A stretch of DNA of 28,262 nucleotides from Phycisphaerae bacterium (GTDB lineage: Bacteria; Planctomycetota; Phycisphaerae; Sedimentisphaerales; SM23-30): positions 1 to 28,262 of the forward strand of contig JAIPFO010000001.1 of the NCBI GenBank assembly GCA_021736565.1, given 5' to 3'. Made by a program: the position numbers and the translations under genes. Shown here piece by piece: positions 1 to 9,460 of this stretch. The notes below the pieces were generated by a model, which saw only the letters and a program-made list of their open reading frames with translations, ran no database searches and was not told the origin of the DNA. Each line of letters begins with the position of its first letter. Within the stretch, counting starts at the first letter, position 1.

Positions 1-66
1 TATCTCCAATCAAGACTTTTTTTCAACCACACCGCCCTCAGTAATGGTTAAAAATTCTGGTTTAGT

Positions 67-501
67 TCATATTTTTTGCCCGCATTCTTGACAAAACTTA
101 GAATCCTCTTCGTTCAGCTTGCTGCAGGCCAAACATCTGACCATGATCACCTTTTCAGACTTACCGCCAAGGTTAATATCAGCTTCATCCAGAGCATCTT
201 TGACCATACCACCGGCCATACGGCTGTAGGGCTCCAATTCATCCCTTGCTTTTTCCGGATCCAAAACAACACCAGAACCGGCAAGTCCCCGGGCTCCAAT
301 TGTGCTTATGATTCGTCCAACTATTATCAGAAAAAATCCAGTAAATGCTCGTACAAAAGCTGATTTAGGATCGAACGAATGGTTCCCGATGTTCATAGCT
401 ACAGTCACAAACAATGATAAAAACAAAATAGCCCCAAGAATCGATATCATCCCACCAATATAGTAAGCGGCCTTACGTTCCTCAGATATTCGTTTGCCCA
501 T
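67..501 (-). CDS. Small membrane protein with C-terminal zinc-ribbon (CxxC...CxxC)
   Basis: Two hydrophobic segments followed by CLAC...CQECG. Start moved to ATG 501 (MGKRISEERK) because AGGA lies just upstream; the ORF track extends to 528. Confidence 0.75.
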   Translation of the reverse strand: MGKRISEERKAAYYIGGMISILGAILFLSLFVTVAMNIGNHSFDPKSAFVRAFTGFFLIIVGRIISTIGARGLAGSGVVLDPEKARDELEPYSRMAGGMVKDALDEADINLGGKSEKVIMVRCLACSKLNEEDSKFCQECGQKI

Positions 502-554
502 TATTTTTTCCTGTCGTTTTAAATTCAAAATGTAATTGTATCCTAAAAACCGGT

Positions 555-1478
555 TTACTCCAACGCCCCCACCAACTCCATCACACTGGCCACCTCATGC
601 CGCCGGCAATAATCTTCAATTCCCGAGATAATCACCATCGCACAATTCGGATCGATCATCATCTGGGTTCCCACACATACCGCCGAGGCACCGGCCAGAA
701 TAAATTCCAATGCATCGTTGGCCGTTGCGATGCCACCCAGGGCGATAATGGGGACCCCCAAGGGTTTGCCCACCGCCTCATACACCCGGTTCACCATATA
801 CACCGCCATGGGCTTGATCGCCGGCCCGCTGACCCCCCCCGTCCGGTTCCCTAAGACAGGGCGTCTGGTCTCAACATCAATCGCAAGGCCCACAAACGTA
901 TTGATCAAACTCAAACAATCTGCCCCCGCGTCAACCGCCGCCCGGGCCATCTGGGCAATATCGGTCACATTCGGCGTCAATTTCACGATCAGATAAGTCT
1001 CCGGACACGCCTTACGCACCGCCGAAACCAGCTCACTAATCGCACACGGGTCTGTCCCGAAAGTGATCCCCCCCTCCTTAACATTCGGACAACTCGCATT
1101 CAGCTCCAACCCCGCCACACAATCCAAACCCGCAACACGCCGTGAAACGGCTACATAATCATCCACCCCCTTACCGGCCACATTGACAATGACCGGTATT
1201 TCCATCCGATCCAATAGCGGCACCTTCTCCGAGCAAAACCGCTCCAAACCCACATTGGCCAGGCCGATCGCATTGATCATCCCTGCGGCCGTCTCAAACG
1301 TCCGCTGCGGCGGGTTCCCCGCCCGTTCCTCCAAGGTAATGCTCTTGGTAATAAACCCACCCAAAGCCGATACATCGACAAAATCATTTAACTCAAACGC
1401 ATACCCACACGTCCCCGATGCCGTCATTACAGGATTCGCCATCCGGATATCACCCAAACAAACACTCAAATCTACCAT
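555..1478 (-). CDS. pyrD: Dihydroorotate dehydrogenase, family 1B catalytic subunit
   Basis: Motifs NPVMTASGT, KSIT, GMINAIGLANVG, ELNASCPN (catalytic Cys), KLTPN, LINT, GGVSGPAIKP. Adjacent to pyrK. Confidence 0.96.
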   Translation of the reverse strand: MVDLSVCLGDIRMANPVMTASGTCGYAFELNDFVDVSALGGFITKSITLEERAGNPPQRTFETAAGMINAIGLANVGLERFCSEKVPLLDRMEIPVIVNVAGKGVDDYVAVSRRVAGLDCVAGLELNASCPNVKEGGITFGTDPCAISELVSAVRKACPETYLIVKLTPNVTDIAQMARAAVDAGADCLSLINTFVGLAIDVETRRPVLGNRTGGVSGPAIKPMAVYMVNRVYEAVGKPLGVPIIALGGIATANDALEFILAGASAVCVGTQMMIDPNCAMVIISGIEDYCRRHEVASVMELVGALE

Positions 1479-1541
1479 AACATATCTTTCATCAAATTCT
1501 CATGAGCAAAGTTGTAAATCAGCCTTTGGCTGGCGAACACC

Positions 1542-1590
1542 ACTCTCAGTTCTTAACTCTTAACTCTCAGTTCCTAGTTCCTAGTTCTTA
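1542..1590. repeat. Heptamer tandem repeat, 7 units
   Basis: actctca-gttctta-actctta-actctca-gttccta-gttccta-gttctta between pyrK and pyrD, overlapping the pyrK stop codon. Confidence 0.85.
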
Positions 1591-2502
1591 ACTTCCCCAA
1601 ACCACCCTGGCCGCATCAAACACCGGCCCATTGGCACAAACCATCTTATACTTCTGAGCCGTCCCTTCCTTCACCGTCACCACACACGACTGACACACCC
1701 CGATCCCGCAGGCCATATACGCTTCCATACACACCTGACATGCCATCCCCTTCTCTGCGGCAAATCCCGCTAAAGCCTTGAGCATTCCATCAGGCCCACA
1801 GGCATACAACACCGCATCGCCCCAGTCCGGGTTCCTCACCAAAAACTCACCCAACGCCGCGACAATACTCCCGCCATATCCGCAACTGCCATCATCGGTC
1901 GTGATAACACACGCCGTCTGGCTCCGCACAAACTCCTCCAACGCCATCGTCGGCTCTAAGACATCCGCCGAATCAATCGCCGCCGGCTTCAAACTCCCCT
2001 CAATATGACTCACTGTTCGCGTTCCGGCAAAAGCCACCTTCTGAACCCCCCGCCGGCTCAGCTCATCGGCAAGGAAAAACATCGGCGGGAAACCAATCCC
2101 ACCCCCCAGCAAAATCGCCTTGCCATCTTCCGGGAGCGTAAAGCCATTACCCAACGGCCCAATAACATCCACAAGGTCCCCAACTCTCCGGCGTTCCAGC
2201 CATCGGGTGCCCGGCCCGACCACCCGATATACCAGGTCCAGACAGGTCACCTCCCCGAAATTTCCCGGTTCAACCCGCACTCCGGCGATACTGAACGGCC
2301 GTCGCAACAGCGGGTCACCCACACGCGATATATCCATATCCCGACAAGCCACCTGGACAAACTGCCCCGGCACCGCACCACCAAGCACACTACCGGCCTC
2401 ACCTTCAAATTCAATAGTCATCACACGATGACCAACGCCAAAACTACGCTGACCACCTATCCGTCCGACATACTGCCCACGTTTCAACTTATTTTTCATC
2501 AC
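1588..2502 (-). CDS. pyrK: Dihydroorotate dehydrogenase electron-transfer subunit (FAD/NAD-binding, 2Fe-2S)
   Basis: LLRRPFSI, GPLGNGF, LGGGIGFPP, YACGP, MACGIGVCQSC...VCANGPVF. Start is GTG 2502 or ATG 2499. Confidence 0.95.
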   Translation of the reverse strand: MMKNKLKRGQYVGRIGGQRSFGVGHRVMTIEFEGEAGSVLGGAVPGQFVQVACRDMDISRVGDPLLRRPFSIAGVRVEPGNFGEVTCLDLVYRVVGPGTRWLERRRVGDLVDVIGPLGNGFTLPEDGKAILLGGGIGFPPMFFLADELSRRGVQKVAFAGTRTVSHIEGSLKPAAIDSADVLEPTMALEEFVRSQTACVITTDDGSCGYGGSIVAALGEFLVRNPDWGDAVLYACGPDGMLKALAGFAAEKGMACQVCMEAYMACGIGVCQSCVVTVKEGTAQKYKMVCANGPVFDAARVVWGS

Positions 2503-2653
2503 TCAATTCACCTGTCAATTACAGTTAACAACAATACTCTCATGCCATTGATCAGCCAAAAAAGCTACTCGACTCCCACCCGAAAGTCAACCAAAAACCC
2601 CCGGCTCCCCCAACGCCTCTCAGAATCCACCATCAAACCTATAAATTTCCCCC

Positions 2654-2682
2654 TTGACCCGGCGGGAGTAACCCTGTAAAAT
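2654..2682 (+). promoter_or_regulatory. Sigma70-type promoter for guaB
   Basis: TTGACC (2654-2659), 17-bp spacer, TAAAAT (2677-2682), 65 bp upstream of the guaB ATG. Confidence 0.7.
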
Positions 2683-2747
2683 GTGCGGTTAAACCCGAGT
2701 GGCGTTTTTACCATAACTACATTATAAATAAGGATTTACATAAAATC

Positions 2748-4217
2748 ATGACAGATAAAATCATAGGCCAGGCCATTACATTTGACGATGTACTTCTTAT
2801 CCCCGGTGCAAGTAATTTCTTACCCAAGGACGCCAATACCGCCACAAAACTCACTCGTAATATATCCATAAATATCCCACTGGTCAGCTCGCCTATGGAC
2901 ACCGTCACCGAATCGGCCCTGGCGATAGCTTTGGCCCAGGAGGGCGGCATCGGCATCATCCATAAGAACCTCACCGTCGAAGCCCAGACTCGCGAGGTCG
3001 ACAAGGTCAAACGCAGCGAAAACGGGATCATCCTGGACCCCGTCACACTGGGGCCAGACATTAAAGTCAGTATTGCCAGGGAGTTAATGGCCGAACAGAA
3101 CATCTCCGGCGTGCCCATCGTCGACAAAAATGCCAAACTCGTCGGGATCCTCACCCGCCGCGACCTGGCGTTCCTCGGCAATAACGAACAGAACATTCAA
3201 TCGGTTATGACCAGCGAAAACCTTGTAACCGGGCCACCCAACACAACATTAGAGCAGGCCGAGGCGATCCTGAACCGTCATAAGGTCGAAAAACTCCTGC
3301 TAATCAACACCAATGGCACCCTGGCAGGGCTGATCACCATGCGTGACATCGACCGGGTCCACCAATACCCCAACGCCAGCAAAGACCCCCGGGGTCGCTT
3401 GCGGGTCGGGGCCTCGGTGGGTGTGCTGGACTTTGACCGGATAGAACATCTTATTAGAAAAGATGTTGACCTGATCGTAGTTGATTCCGCCCACGGCCAC
3501 TCTAAAAATGTCATCGAAACCGTCAAAGAAATACGAAAAAGATGGGATATCGACATCATCGCCGGCAACGTCGCTACTGGCGAGGCTGCCAAGGCACTCA
3601 TTGATGCCGGTGCCGATGCCATCCGAGTAGGGATCGGCCCTGGCTCGATCTGCACAACCCGCGTCGTCTCAGGCGTCGGTGTCCCCCAGATCACCGCCAT
3701 CATGAACTGCTCAGCGGTCGGCGACGCACACGGCGTCCCCATCATCGCCGATGGCGGCATCCGCCAGAGCGGCGACATTACCAAGGCCATCGCCGCAGGG
3801 GCCTCAACCGTCATGCTGGGATCACTCTTGGCCGGCCTGGATGAATCCCCGGGTAAACTGGTCATCTACAAAGGACGACGGTTCAAAGAATACCGCGGTA
3901 TGGGCTCCATGGGCGCCATGGTCACAGGCGGCGGCGGACGATACGGCCAAAACACCAAACAGTCCGAAAAACTCGTCCCGGAAGGCGTCGAAGGACGCGT
4001 ACCCTACCGGGGCCCTCTCCAGGACTACGTCTACCAGATGGTTGGCGGCCTTCGAGCCGGCATGGGATATTGCGGTACGCCCGACATCAACGCCCTGCGT
4101 AAAAACGCCCAGTTCATGAGGATCACAGCCGCCAGCGTCGTCGAAAACCACCCCCACGACATCAGCATTACCCACGAAGCGCCAAACTACTCAACTGGAA
4201 CCACCTGGGAACAATAA
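2748..4217 (+). CDS. guaB: Inosine-5'-monophosphate dehydrogenase with CBS pair
   Basis: [46 protein letters not shown] (catalytic Cys), [21 protein letters not shown]. Confidence 0.98.
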   Translation: MTDKIIGQAITFDDVLLIPGASNFLPKDANTATKLTRNISINIPLVSSPMDTVTESALAIALAQEGGIGIIHKNLTVEAQTREVDKVKRSENGIILDPVTLGPDIKVSIARELMAEQNISGVPIVDKNAKLVGILTRRDLAFLGNNEQNIQSVMTSENLVTGPPNTTLEQAEAILNRHKVEKLLLINTNGTLAGLITMRDIDRVHQYPNASKDPRGRLRVGASVGVLDFDRIEHLIRKDVDLIVVDSAHGHSKNVIETVKEIRKRWDIDIIAGNVATGEAAKALIDAGADAIRVGIGPGSICTTRVVSGVGVPQITAIMNCSAVGDAHGVPIIADGGIRQSGDITKAIAAGASTVMLGSLLAGLDESPGKLVIYKGRRFKEYRGMGSMGAMVTGGGGRYGQNTKQSEKLVPEGVEGRVPYRGPLQDYVYQMVGGLRAGMGYCGTPDINALRKNAQFMRITAASVVENHPHDISITHEAPNYSTGTTWEQ

Positions 4218-4241
4218 ATTCGAGAACAAAAGGTCTTATTT

Positions 4242-6092
4242 ATGTATAGCTTTCTTTTTTATGCAAACACCACAGGTAATTCAAATCCAAACCGCTATGA
4301 TAAAAGTGAAGCCATTATTCGTGAAATCCTTCCTGATTTAGGTTGCCAAATTAGAGTTAAAAAACAAACTTTAGAAGAAATTAATGGTGGATGGTTTTAT
4401 TTTTATCCTGACGAAATCAAAAAACCACATTTTATAACTGATTACTGTGACCCAGAAGTTTCAATCTTGGTATGGGGTGACCTAGTACAAGATACCGATT
4501 TGTCTCCCGCTGAAATTATAGCTACTACATGGAAACAGGGAGGGGTTTCAAAAGTACGTGAACTTGACGGTTGTTTTTCAGCAATAATTGTTGATAGACA
4601 CTCCAAAAAGATATATCTCGTATCAGACGTCATGGGGCTTCGTACGTTTAACTTTTTCAAAAATAATGATTCTTTTTTAGTATCAATACATGATGTCGCA
4701 TTTGTTTCTACTGGTCTTTGCCCAATAGAATATGACCAGGAATCCATAGCTTCGCTTTTTGCCTGTGATTGGTCAATAGGCGGAAAAAGCCTTCTCAAAC
4801 CTATACAGACATGCCATCCCAGTGAATATATTATATGGACAGATGGCCAAATTGAACGGAAAAATGACTCTCTCTTATTTTCTCAAGAGCGCATTGAGCC
4901 AGGAGATATAAAAAAGAGAAATCTTCATATTGATGCAATGATTGAAATAATGCGTGACAATGCAATTCGATATTGTAGCAATTCATCACTTGTTGATATG
5001 GAATTAACTGCCGGAATGGATAGCCGGGCAGTATTAGGTATTCTTCTACCTCTTATCGGTAAAGACAGGCTTAGGTCAGAAACTGGGGGCAGTCCCAAAA
5101 GTGTCGATGTTGAAATGGCTCGAAGGTTAGGAAAAAAATATGGTTTTCAGCAAAACGATTATATGCCAAATCCAGACACTGCCGACTATTTTTTACAATT
5201 CTCAAGCATGCTTGCCTTTTTTTCTAATGGCACAGCAAACAGCAAAAGAGCAGTATATAAACTACCTGTCTTACGAAAAGAGTATCGACCAACGTTTATT
5301 GGTAATGGAGGAGAAGTATATCATGGTTATTATTATCCCAGTCCATTAAGGAAACCATCATTAAGCAATTACACTGTCAATAATTGTGCAAATCACCTTA
5401 AAGGAAAGTTACATAATATCAAAACATTGAATTGGGCAGACCCATTTATTGTTGATAGTATATATCAGCGACTTGAAAAGGTACTGAGAAGTTATAGCCA
5501 AATGACAACATGTGCAGCAGATATATTTAATTTATTTTATCTTTATGAACGTTATGGCTGCTGGGGAAGCAGAGCGTTAAAAATGCCATGGGGCATAAAC
5601 AGGTATTCACTTTTCGACAGTGCAAAGCTAGTAAAATTATCCTATCAGTTACCAGCCCCTATATCGCAGAATTGTCTACTACACAGAACAATCATTAAAA
5701 GATATTTACCTGAAGCTTACCATTGGCCAATAAATAAAAATAATTATATGCCAATGCTGGATTATCCTAAAATATCAAAAGCAAGTCGTGAAGCCATCAA
5801 AAGGCTTAAGAAATATAATACAGCTATCAAATCAGGCCTGGGGCTTGACAAAAAAAAAGACATTGACCAGGCTACTGGCGATATTTTTGCCTCTCAATTA
5901 GGTCAGACAATGAAAGATATTTTGCTATCAAACGATAGTTTACCCGGATCAATCGTTCATCTGGATTCTATAGAAAAAATGATTGAAATGCATGTTTCTG
6001 GTAAAAAGAATTATATTCATATTTTAGGATTTATGATGACCGTCCAGCAATGGAAAAAAATGATCGAAAAAGTTTATGAAAAAGCACGTTAG
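4242..6092 (+). CDS. Asparagine synthetase-like (AsnB family) ATP-dependent amide ligase/amidotransferase, lacking the N-terminal Cys
   Basis: Ntn-like region (ELDGCFSAIIVD...LVSDVMGLR), PP-loop variant ELTAGMDSR, and GNGGE. The N-terminus is MYSFL, not MC. Confidence 0.75.
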   Translation: MYSFLFYANTTGNSNPNRYDKSEAIIREILPDLGCQIRVKKQTLEEINGGWFYFYPDEIKKPHFITDYCDPEVSILVWGDLVQDTDLSPAEIIATTWKQGGVSKVRELDGCFSAIIVDRHSKKIYLVSDVMGLRTFNFFKNNDSFLVSIHDVAFVSTGLCPIEYDQESIASLFACDWSIGGKSLLKPIQTCHPSEYIIWTDGQIERKNDSLLFSQERIEPGDIKKRNLHIDAMIEIMRDNAIRYCSNSSLVDMELTAGMDSRAVLGILLPLIGKDRLRSETGGSPKSVDVEMARRLGKKYGFQQNDYMPNPDTADYFLQFSSMLAFFSNGTANSKRAVYKLPVLRKEYRPTFIGNGGEVYHGYYYPSPLRKPSLSNYTVNNCANHLKGKLHNIKTLNWADPFIVDSIYQRLEKVLRSYSQMTTCAADIFNLFYLYERYGCWGSRALKMPWGINRYSLFDSAKLVKLSYQLPAPISQNCLLHRTIIKRYLPEAYHWPINKNNYMPMLDYPKISKASREAIKRLKKYNTAIKSGLGLDKKKDIDQATGDIFASQLGQTMKDILLSNDSLPGSIVHLDSIEKMIEMHVSGKKNYIHILGFMMTVQQWKKMIEKVYEKAR

Positions 6093-6146
6093 GCCATACA
6101 TCACGAGATAGCTTTTTAAGTGTATTTTCGATTTATAATACTAAAT

Positions 6147-6184
6147 ATTCAAGGGCCGCAAAAAATATTGCAAAACCCTTGAAT
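6147..6184. terminator. Stem-loop between convergent genes, possible bidirectional terminator
   Basis: attcaaggg (6147-6155) pairs with cccttgaat (6176-6184), with an inner gcaa/ttgc pair. Confidence 0.5.
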
Positions 6185-6200
6185 GTTATTTATATGATAA

Positions 6201-6863
6201 TTATTTGTTTCGCCGTTTTTTACGTAATATCAATCCCCCAAGTGCAATAAATGAAAGCGTACCTGGTTCAGGTACCAATATTATATTATCAACTCGAGCT
6301 TCAATGTTACCATTGGCACTTTGAGTAACATCTAATTGTATATATAACCCCTTCATATCTTTTATCACCTCTTCAAATGAATCAGTTCCACCACCTGATT
6401 TCCAAAACCAGTGAGTACTGCTAAAGGTATATGGTATAAAACGATTTTGCCAAGTGCCTGTATTAACAACACTCTGGCCTGAAGCAACTCCAGTAAACAA
6501 AGTATTATTTTCGCCACCTTGAATAACAATTACTGTTCGCTTTAATGCATTTCCAGGAAGATATTCATCCCAACTGATTCCGCTGAAGCTTGATAAATCA
6601 CCAAGATACGTAGAAGGTGCTTTTACAAAAATATTGCCACCTCCACTCATTGTATCTGTAGCCAATAATGAATTTCCAGGATTGCCAAAACTAGTAATTA
6701 AAAGATCACCTCCAAAAACCGGATTAAAAAATGGCGTTCCTTTTGTCCATCCCTGAAGCGTACCGTCCTCAAAATCAGATGTAATCATACTTGCTAATGA
6801 GGCCCCTTCAAGACATGACATTATTACAATTGCCAGAGTTACGAGAATAATAAGTTTTTTCAT
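6201..6863 (-). CDS. PEP-CTERM surface protein with laminin-B (laminin IV)-like domain
   Basis: Signal peptide MKKLIILVTLAIVIM with GGAGG RBS before ATG 6863. Contains APSTYLGDLSSF. C-terminal VPEPGTLSFIALGGLILRKKRR is a textbook PEP-CTERM tail. Confidence 0.9.
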   Translation of the reverse strand: MKKLIILVTLAIVIMSCLEGASLASMITSDFEDGTLQGWTKGTPFFNPVFGGDLLITSFGNPGNSLLATDTMSGGGNIFVKAPSTYLGDLSSFSGISWDEYLPGNALKRTVIVIQGGENNTLFTGVASGQSVVNTGTWQNRFIPYTFSSTHWFWKSGGGTDSFEEVIKDMKGLYIQLDVTQSANGNIEARVDNIILVPEPGTLSFIALGGLILRKKRRNK

Positions 6864-7837
6864 TACAACACCTCCAATAAAGAAATAATTAACACACAAG
6901 CCACATCAGCTTGCTTTATTTTAAAATATATTATTAACTGAACTTTAAAAAAAACATTGGCTACAGATATGTAACAGCAGAAGCAGAACTCTACTCCTAT
7001 GACACAAGCCGTAGTACGAATAGCTCATTTGTGCCTAAGAACACCTTAAAGCCTTACTATATTGTGTTACTTTTACGAAAATTTTTCTGGCCAGGCTTGT
7101 GTAATATGAAATAACTCTGGAACAGGCTGGACAGTACACCTGGTAATGTTTGTAAAAGTTCTTTTTAAAATATCGATATAGGGCATATAATATAAAAAAA
7201 TTGAAAAAGTTCAGTAATTATTCAGACTTATCCTGCTTTATATAACTAACATATAGTTGGCAGTTTAACCATGGCCCCGATTACACTGCTACATTCGAAC
7301 ACATTAACAATGAAAGCAATCAACACTTCACAATGCACCTAAAACTGGCATACGCTAACTAAATGGCTCTCGCTCTTACGGAAATATCCATAGAAATACA
7401 AGCCGCACACCATGCCAAACAAGGCACCTTAATCAAAAAAACACAAAGAAAGGAAGACATGGAAAACCATCAATCCTCCAATGCACCTCAATGTTAGAAT
7501 TCATTATTGCGTAATTTTCGAAAAATGTCAAGAAAATAATACCATTTTTTTGCAATAATTGAGTCAAAAGTCAATATTGTCACCTAAAAACGGCAATTAA
7601 AGAGAGTACTAATCCGCCAAAGTCGAACCAGCATCTTTACTAATATCTTTAACGCAAAAGACTATTTTATTTGAGCAATATACCCGTATTTAATAACCAA
7701 GAGATGGTATGATGGCGAAAAGTGCCGGCATCTTTGTCGCGGTCAAGCTGGCGTTGGTACAAATAGGTGCTTTCGTCTATCGATAAAGAGATAGTTTTCC
7801 TGTACTTGGACACTCAAGCAATCCAGAGAACCCTCTC

Positions 7838-7993
7838 ATGAGACACGTCACACTAAACAGAACGTTTGCATTTCGAGGCGGTCCCCGAGATGGTTTCACA
7901 TTAATTGAATTATTGGTCGTGATCTCGATTATTGCGTTATTGGCAGCCATTCTGATGGCGGCTTTGGGTATTCCGGCGAATTCAGTCCAATAA
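7838..7993 (+). pseudogene. Truncated prepilin-type N-terminal cleavage gene (DUF1559 / planctomycete T2SS-protein-like), 51 aa
   Basis: Hand translation: MRHVTLNRTFAFRGGPRDG|FTLIELLVVISIIALLAAILMAALGIPANSVQ*. Below the ORF-track cutoff. It stops just after the pilin helix. Confidence 0.75.
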
Positions 7994-8069
7994 TCAGGAT
8001 GGCATTCTAACAGCCCTGCGGCAGTTTCTCTATAAATCAATTAAAACCGAGGACTTAGGAACAATAAAA

Positions 8070-8120
8070 TGTAGACTTTAGTGTAGATTTTAACACTAAA
8101 AACGTTCATAAGTGCTTATT
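8070..8120. other. Direct-repeat pair plus short palindrome next to the tRNA 3' end (possible integrase arm/att-flank relic)
   Basis: tgtagactt (8070-8078) and tgtagattt (8082-8090); ataag-tg-cttat around 8108-8119. Confidence 0.4.
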
Positions 8121-8126
8121 CTATAA

Positions 8127-8213
8127 CGGAGAGGGGGGGATTCGAACCCCCGGTACGGTTGCCCGCACACTGGTTTTCGAAACCAGCTCCTTAAGCCGCT
8201 CGGACACCTCTCC
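8127..8213 (-). tRNA. tRNA-Ser (anticodon CGA), CCA not encoded
   Basis: Reverse complement is GGAGAGGTGTCCGAGCGGCTTAAGGAG-CTGGT-TT-CGA-AA-ACCAG, a long variable arm (TGTGCGGGCAACCGTACC), then GGGGGTTCGAATCCCCCCCTCTCC-G. Confidence 0.97.
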
Positions 8214-8344
8214 AGGATAATCATTCATCGGCCATTTTTTGGGCTTTTGATATTATCAAGAACATATCTATACCGAAATAAGCAAAAATATGCAAGAAAA
8301 TTTATATTAACCCGGTAATTTTTTTCTCGGCTTAAACGTTAGAT

Positions 8345-8373
8345 TTGACGATGGACTACAGATTTGCTAAAAT
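8345..8373 (+). promoter_or_regulatory. Sigma70-type promoter upstream of the deacetylase gene
   Basis: TTGACG (8345-8350), 17-bp spacer ending TGc (extended -10), TAAAAT (8368-8373). Confidence 0.7.
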
Positions 8374-8511
8374 GCTTAAACGTATCAAAAAACATACGCG
8401 TGGCCACAGACGTAAAAAAAGTGCTTTTTTTAAGCTTAAAAATGAATTTCAATTGGTGGCAGAGTTCAAATGATCGTTCGATGCCCCTTAGAGATATAGA
8501 GCCCAATAGCT

Positions 8512-9453
8512 ATGACAAAGACATTATTTGGATATGACAGTTGCTTTCTGGAACATTTAACCGGGGAGCATCCCGAGGGACCGGATCGCCTGGTGAGTAT
8601 TGTGGAGGCGATTGAGAAAAATGGGATGACCGAGGCCCTCCTTCCCGTAAAAAAACGGGTAGCGGTGGACCCATGGATCCAACAAATCCACACGAAAGAT
8701 TATATCGAGCGGTTTCGCCTGGCGTGTGAAAATGGCGAAACCTATATCGATTCGGCAGAATCGGCGATATGCCCCAAATCGTACGAGATTGCTCGTGTAG
8801 CGGTTTCGGTGACACTGGCGGCATGTGACATGATCATGGCGGGTGAAGCGAATAATGGCTTTTGCGCCCTTCGACCGCCTGGCCATCACGCCGAAGTTGA
8901 TAAATCTATGGGATTCTGCATGTTCAACAACATAGCGATTGCGTGTAAATACCTACAAAAGCACCATGGCCTGAAGCGGATCTTGATTTTAGACTGGGAT
9001 GTTCACCATGGCAATGGCACACAGAACAGTTTTGAGCGTGACCCTTCGGTCTTGTTTTGCAGTTTCCACCAGCATCCGGCCACGCTATTTCCAGGAACCG
9101 GCTGGCCCCAAGAGCAGGGTGAAGGATTGGGACGCGGCTTTACCTTGAATCTCCCCCTGGAACCAGGATCGGGCGATAGCGAGTGTATGGAGCAGTTCCA
9201 GAGACGTTTTTTGCCGAAAGCGCACGAGTTTATGCCGGAGTTCATTCTGGTCTCGGCGGGATTCGACGGGCACATTGATGACCCGATGGCAGAGTTGGCA
9301 ATGACAGATACGGCCTTTGACGCGATAACCCTGGACGTTATGGAAATCGCCAATAAATATTGTAAAGGCAGAGTCTTGTCGATACTAGAAGGAGGCTACG
9401 ACCTGGAAACACTGGGCCGTTGTGTCGTGAAACACATAAAATGCATGATGTGA
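8512..9453 (+). CDS. Histone deacetylase-family (class II-like) Zn-dependent amidohydrolase
   Basis: HPEGPDRL, RPPGHHA, GFCMFNNIA, DWDVHHGNGTQ, SAGFDGH..DP and LEGGY. All catalytic and Zn ligands are intact. Confidence 0.94.
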   Translation: MTKTLFGYDSCFLEHLTGEHPEGPDRLVSIVEAIEKNGMTEALLPVKKRVAVDPWIQQIHTKDYIERFRLACENGETYIDSAESAICPKSYEIARVAVSVTLAACDMIMAGEANNGFCALRPPGHHAEVDKSMGFCMFNNIAIACKYLQKHHGLKRILILDWDVHHGNGTQNSFERDPSVLFCSFHQHPATLFPGTGWPQEQGEGLGRGFTLNLPLEPGSGDSECMEQFQRRFLPKAHEFMPEFILVSAGFDGHIDDPMAELAMTDTAFDAITLDVMEIANKYCKGRVLSILEGGYDLETLGRCVVKHIKCMM

Positions 9454-9460
9454 ACAAAAT

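Larger units (their letters stand above)
4218..8126. mobile_element. AT-rich genomic islet or island remnant at the tRNA-Ser 3' end (no integrase present)
   Basis: Visibly more AT-rich than both flanks. Bounded by guaB and the 3' end of the minus-strand tRNA. Carries accessory genes, a gene fragment and about 0.9 kb with no long ORF. Confidence 0.55.

Noticed and set aside
2005-2679. 224-aa + strand ORF and other long ORFs overlapping pyrD, pyrK and guaB
   Set aside because: Antisense or alternative-frame shadows of clearly identified genes, with no motifs.
4205-4241. att duplication of the tRNA 3' end at the left island border
   Set aside because: Only a 6-bp match (attcga) to the tRNA T-arm region, too short to call.
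4242-6092. Lasso-peptide cyclase cluster
   Set aside because: No B1/B2 (RRE or transglutaminase-like peptidase) genes and no recognisable precursor in the window.
7363-7497. 44-aa ORF MALALTEISIEIQAAHHAKQG...NAPQC, and a caatgcacct direct repeat at 7331 and 7479
   Set aside because: No recognisable motif and no clear RBS for the long form. A 10-bp repeat in AT-rich DNA is weak evidence on its own.
6900-8500. oriC in the AT-rich non-coding region
   Set aside because: No cluster of TTATCCACA-like DnaA boxes was found by eye and there is no dnaA, dnaN or gidA context. Kept only as the weaker skew observation.
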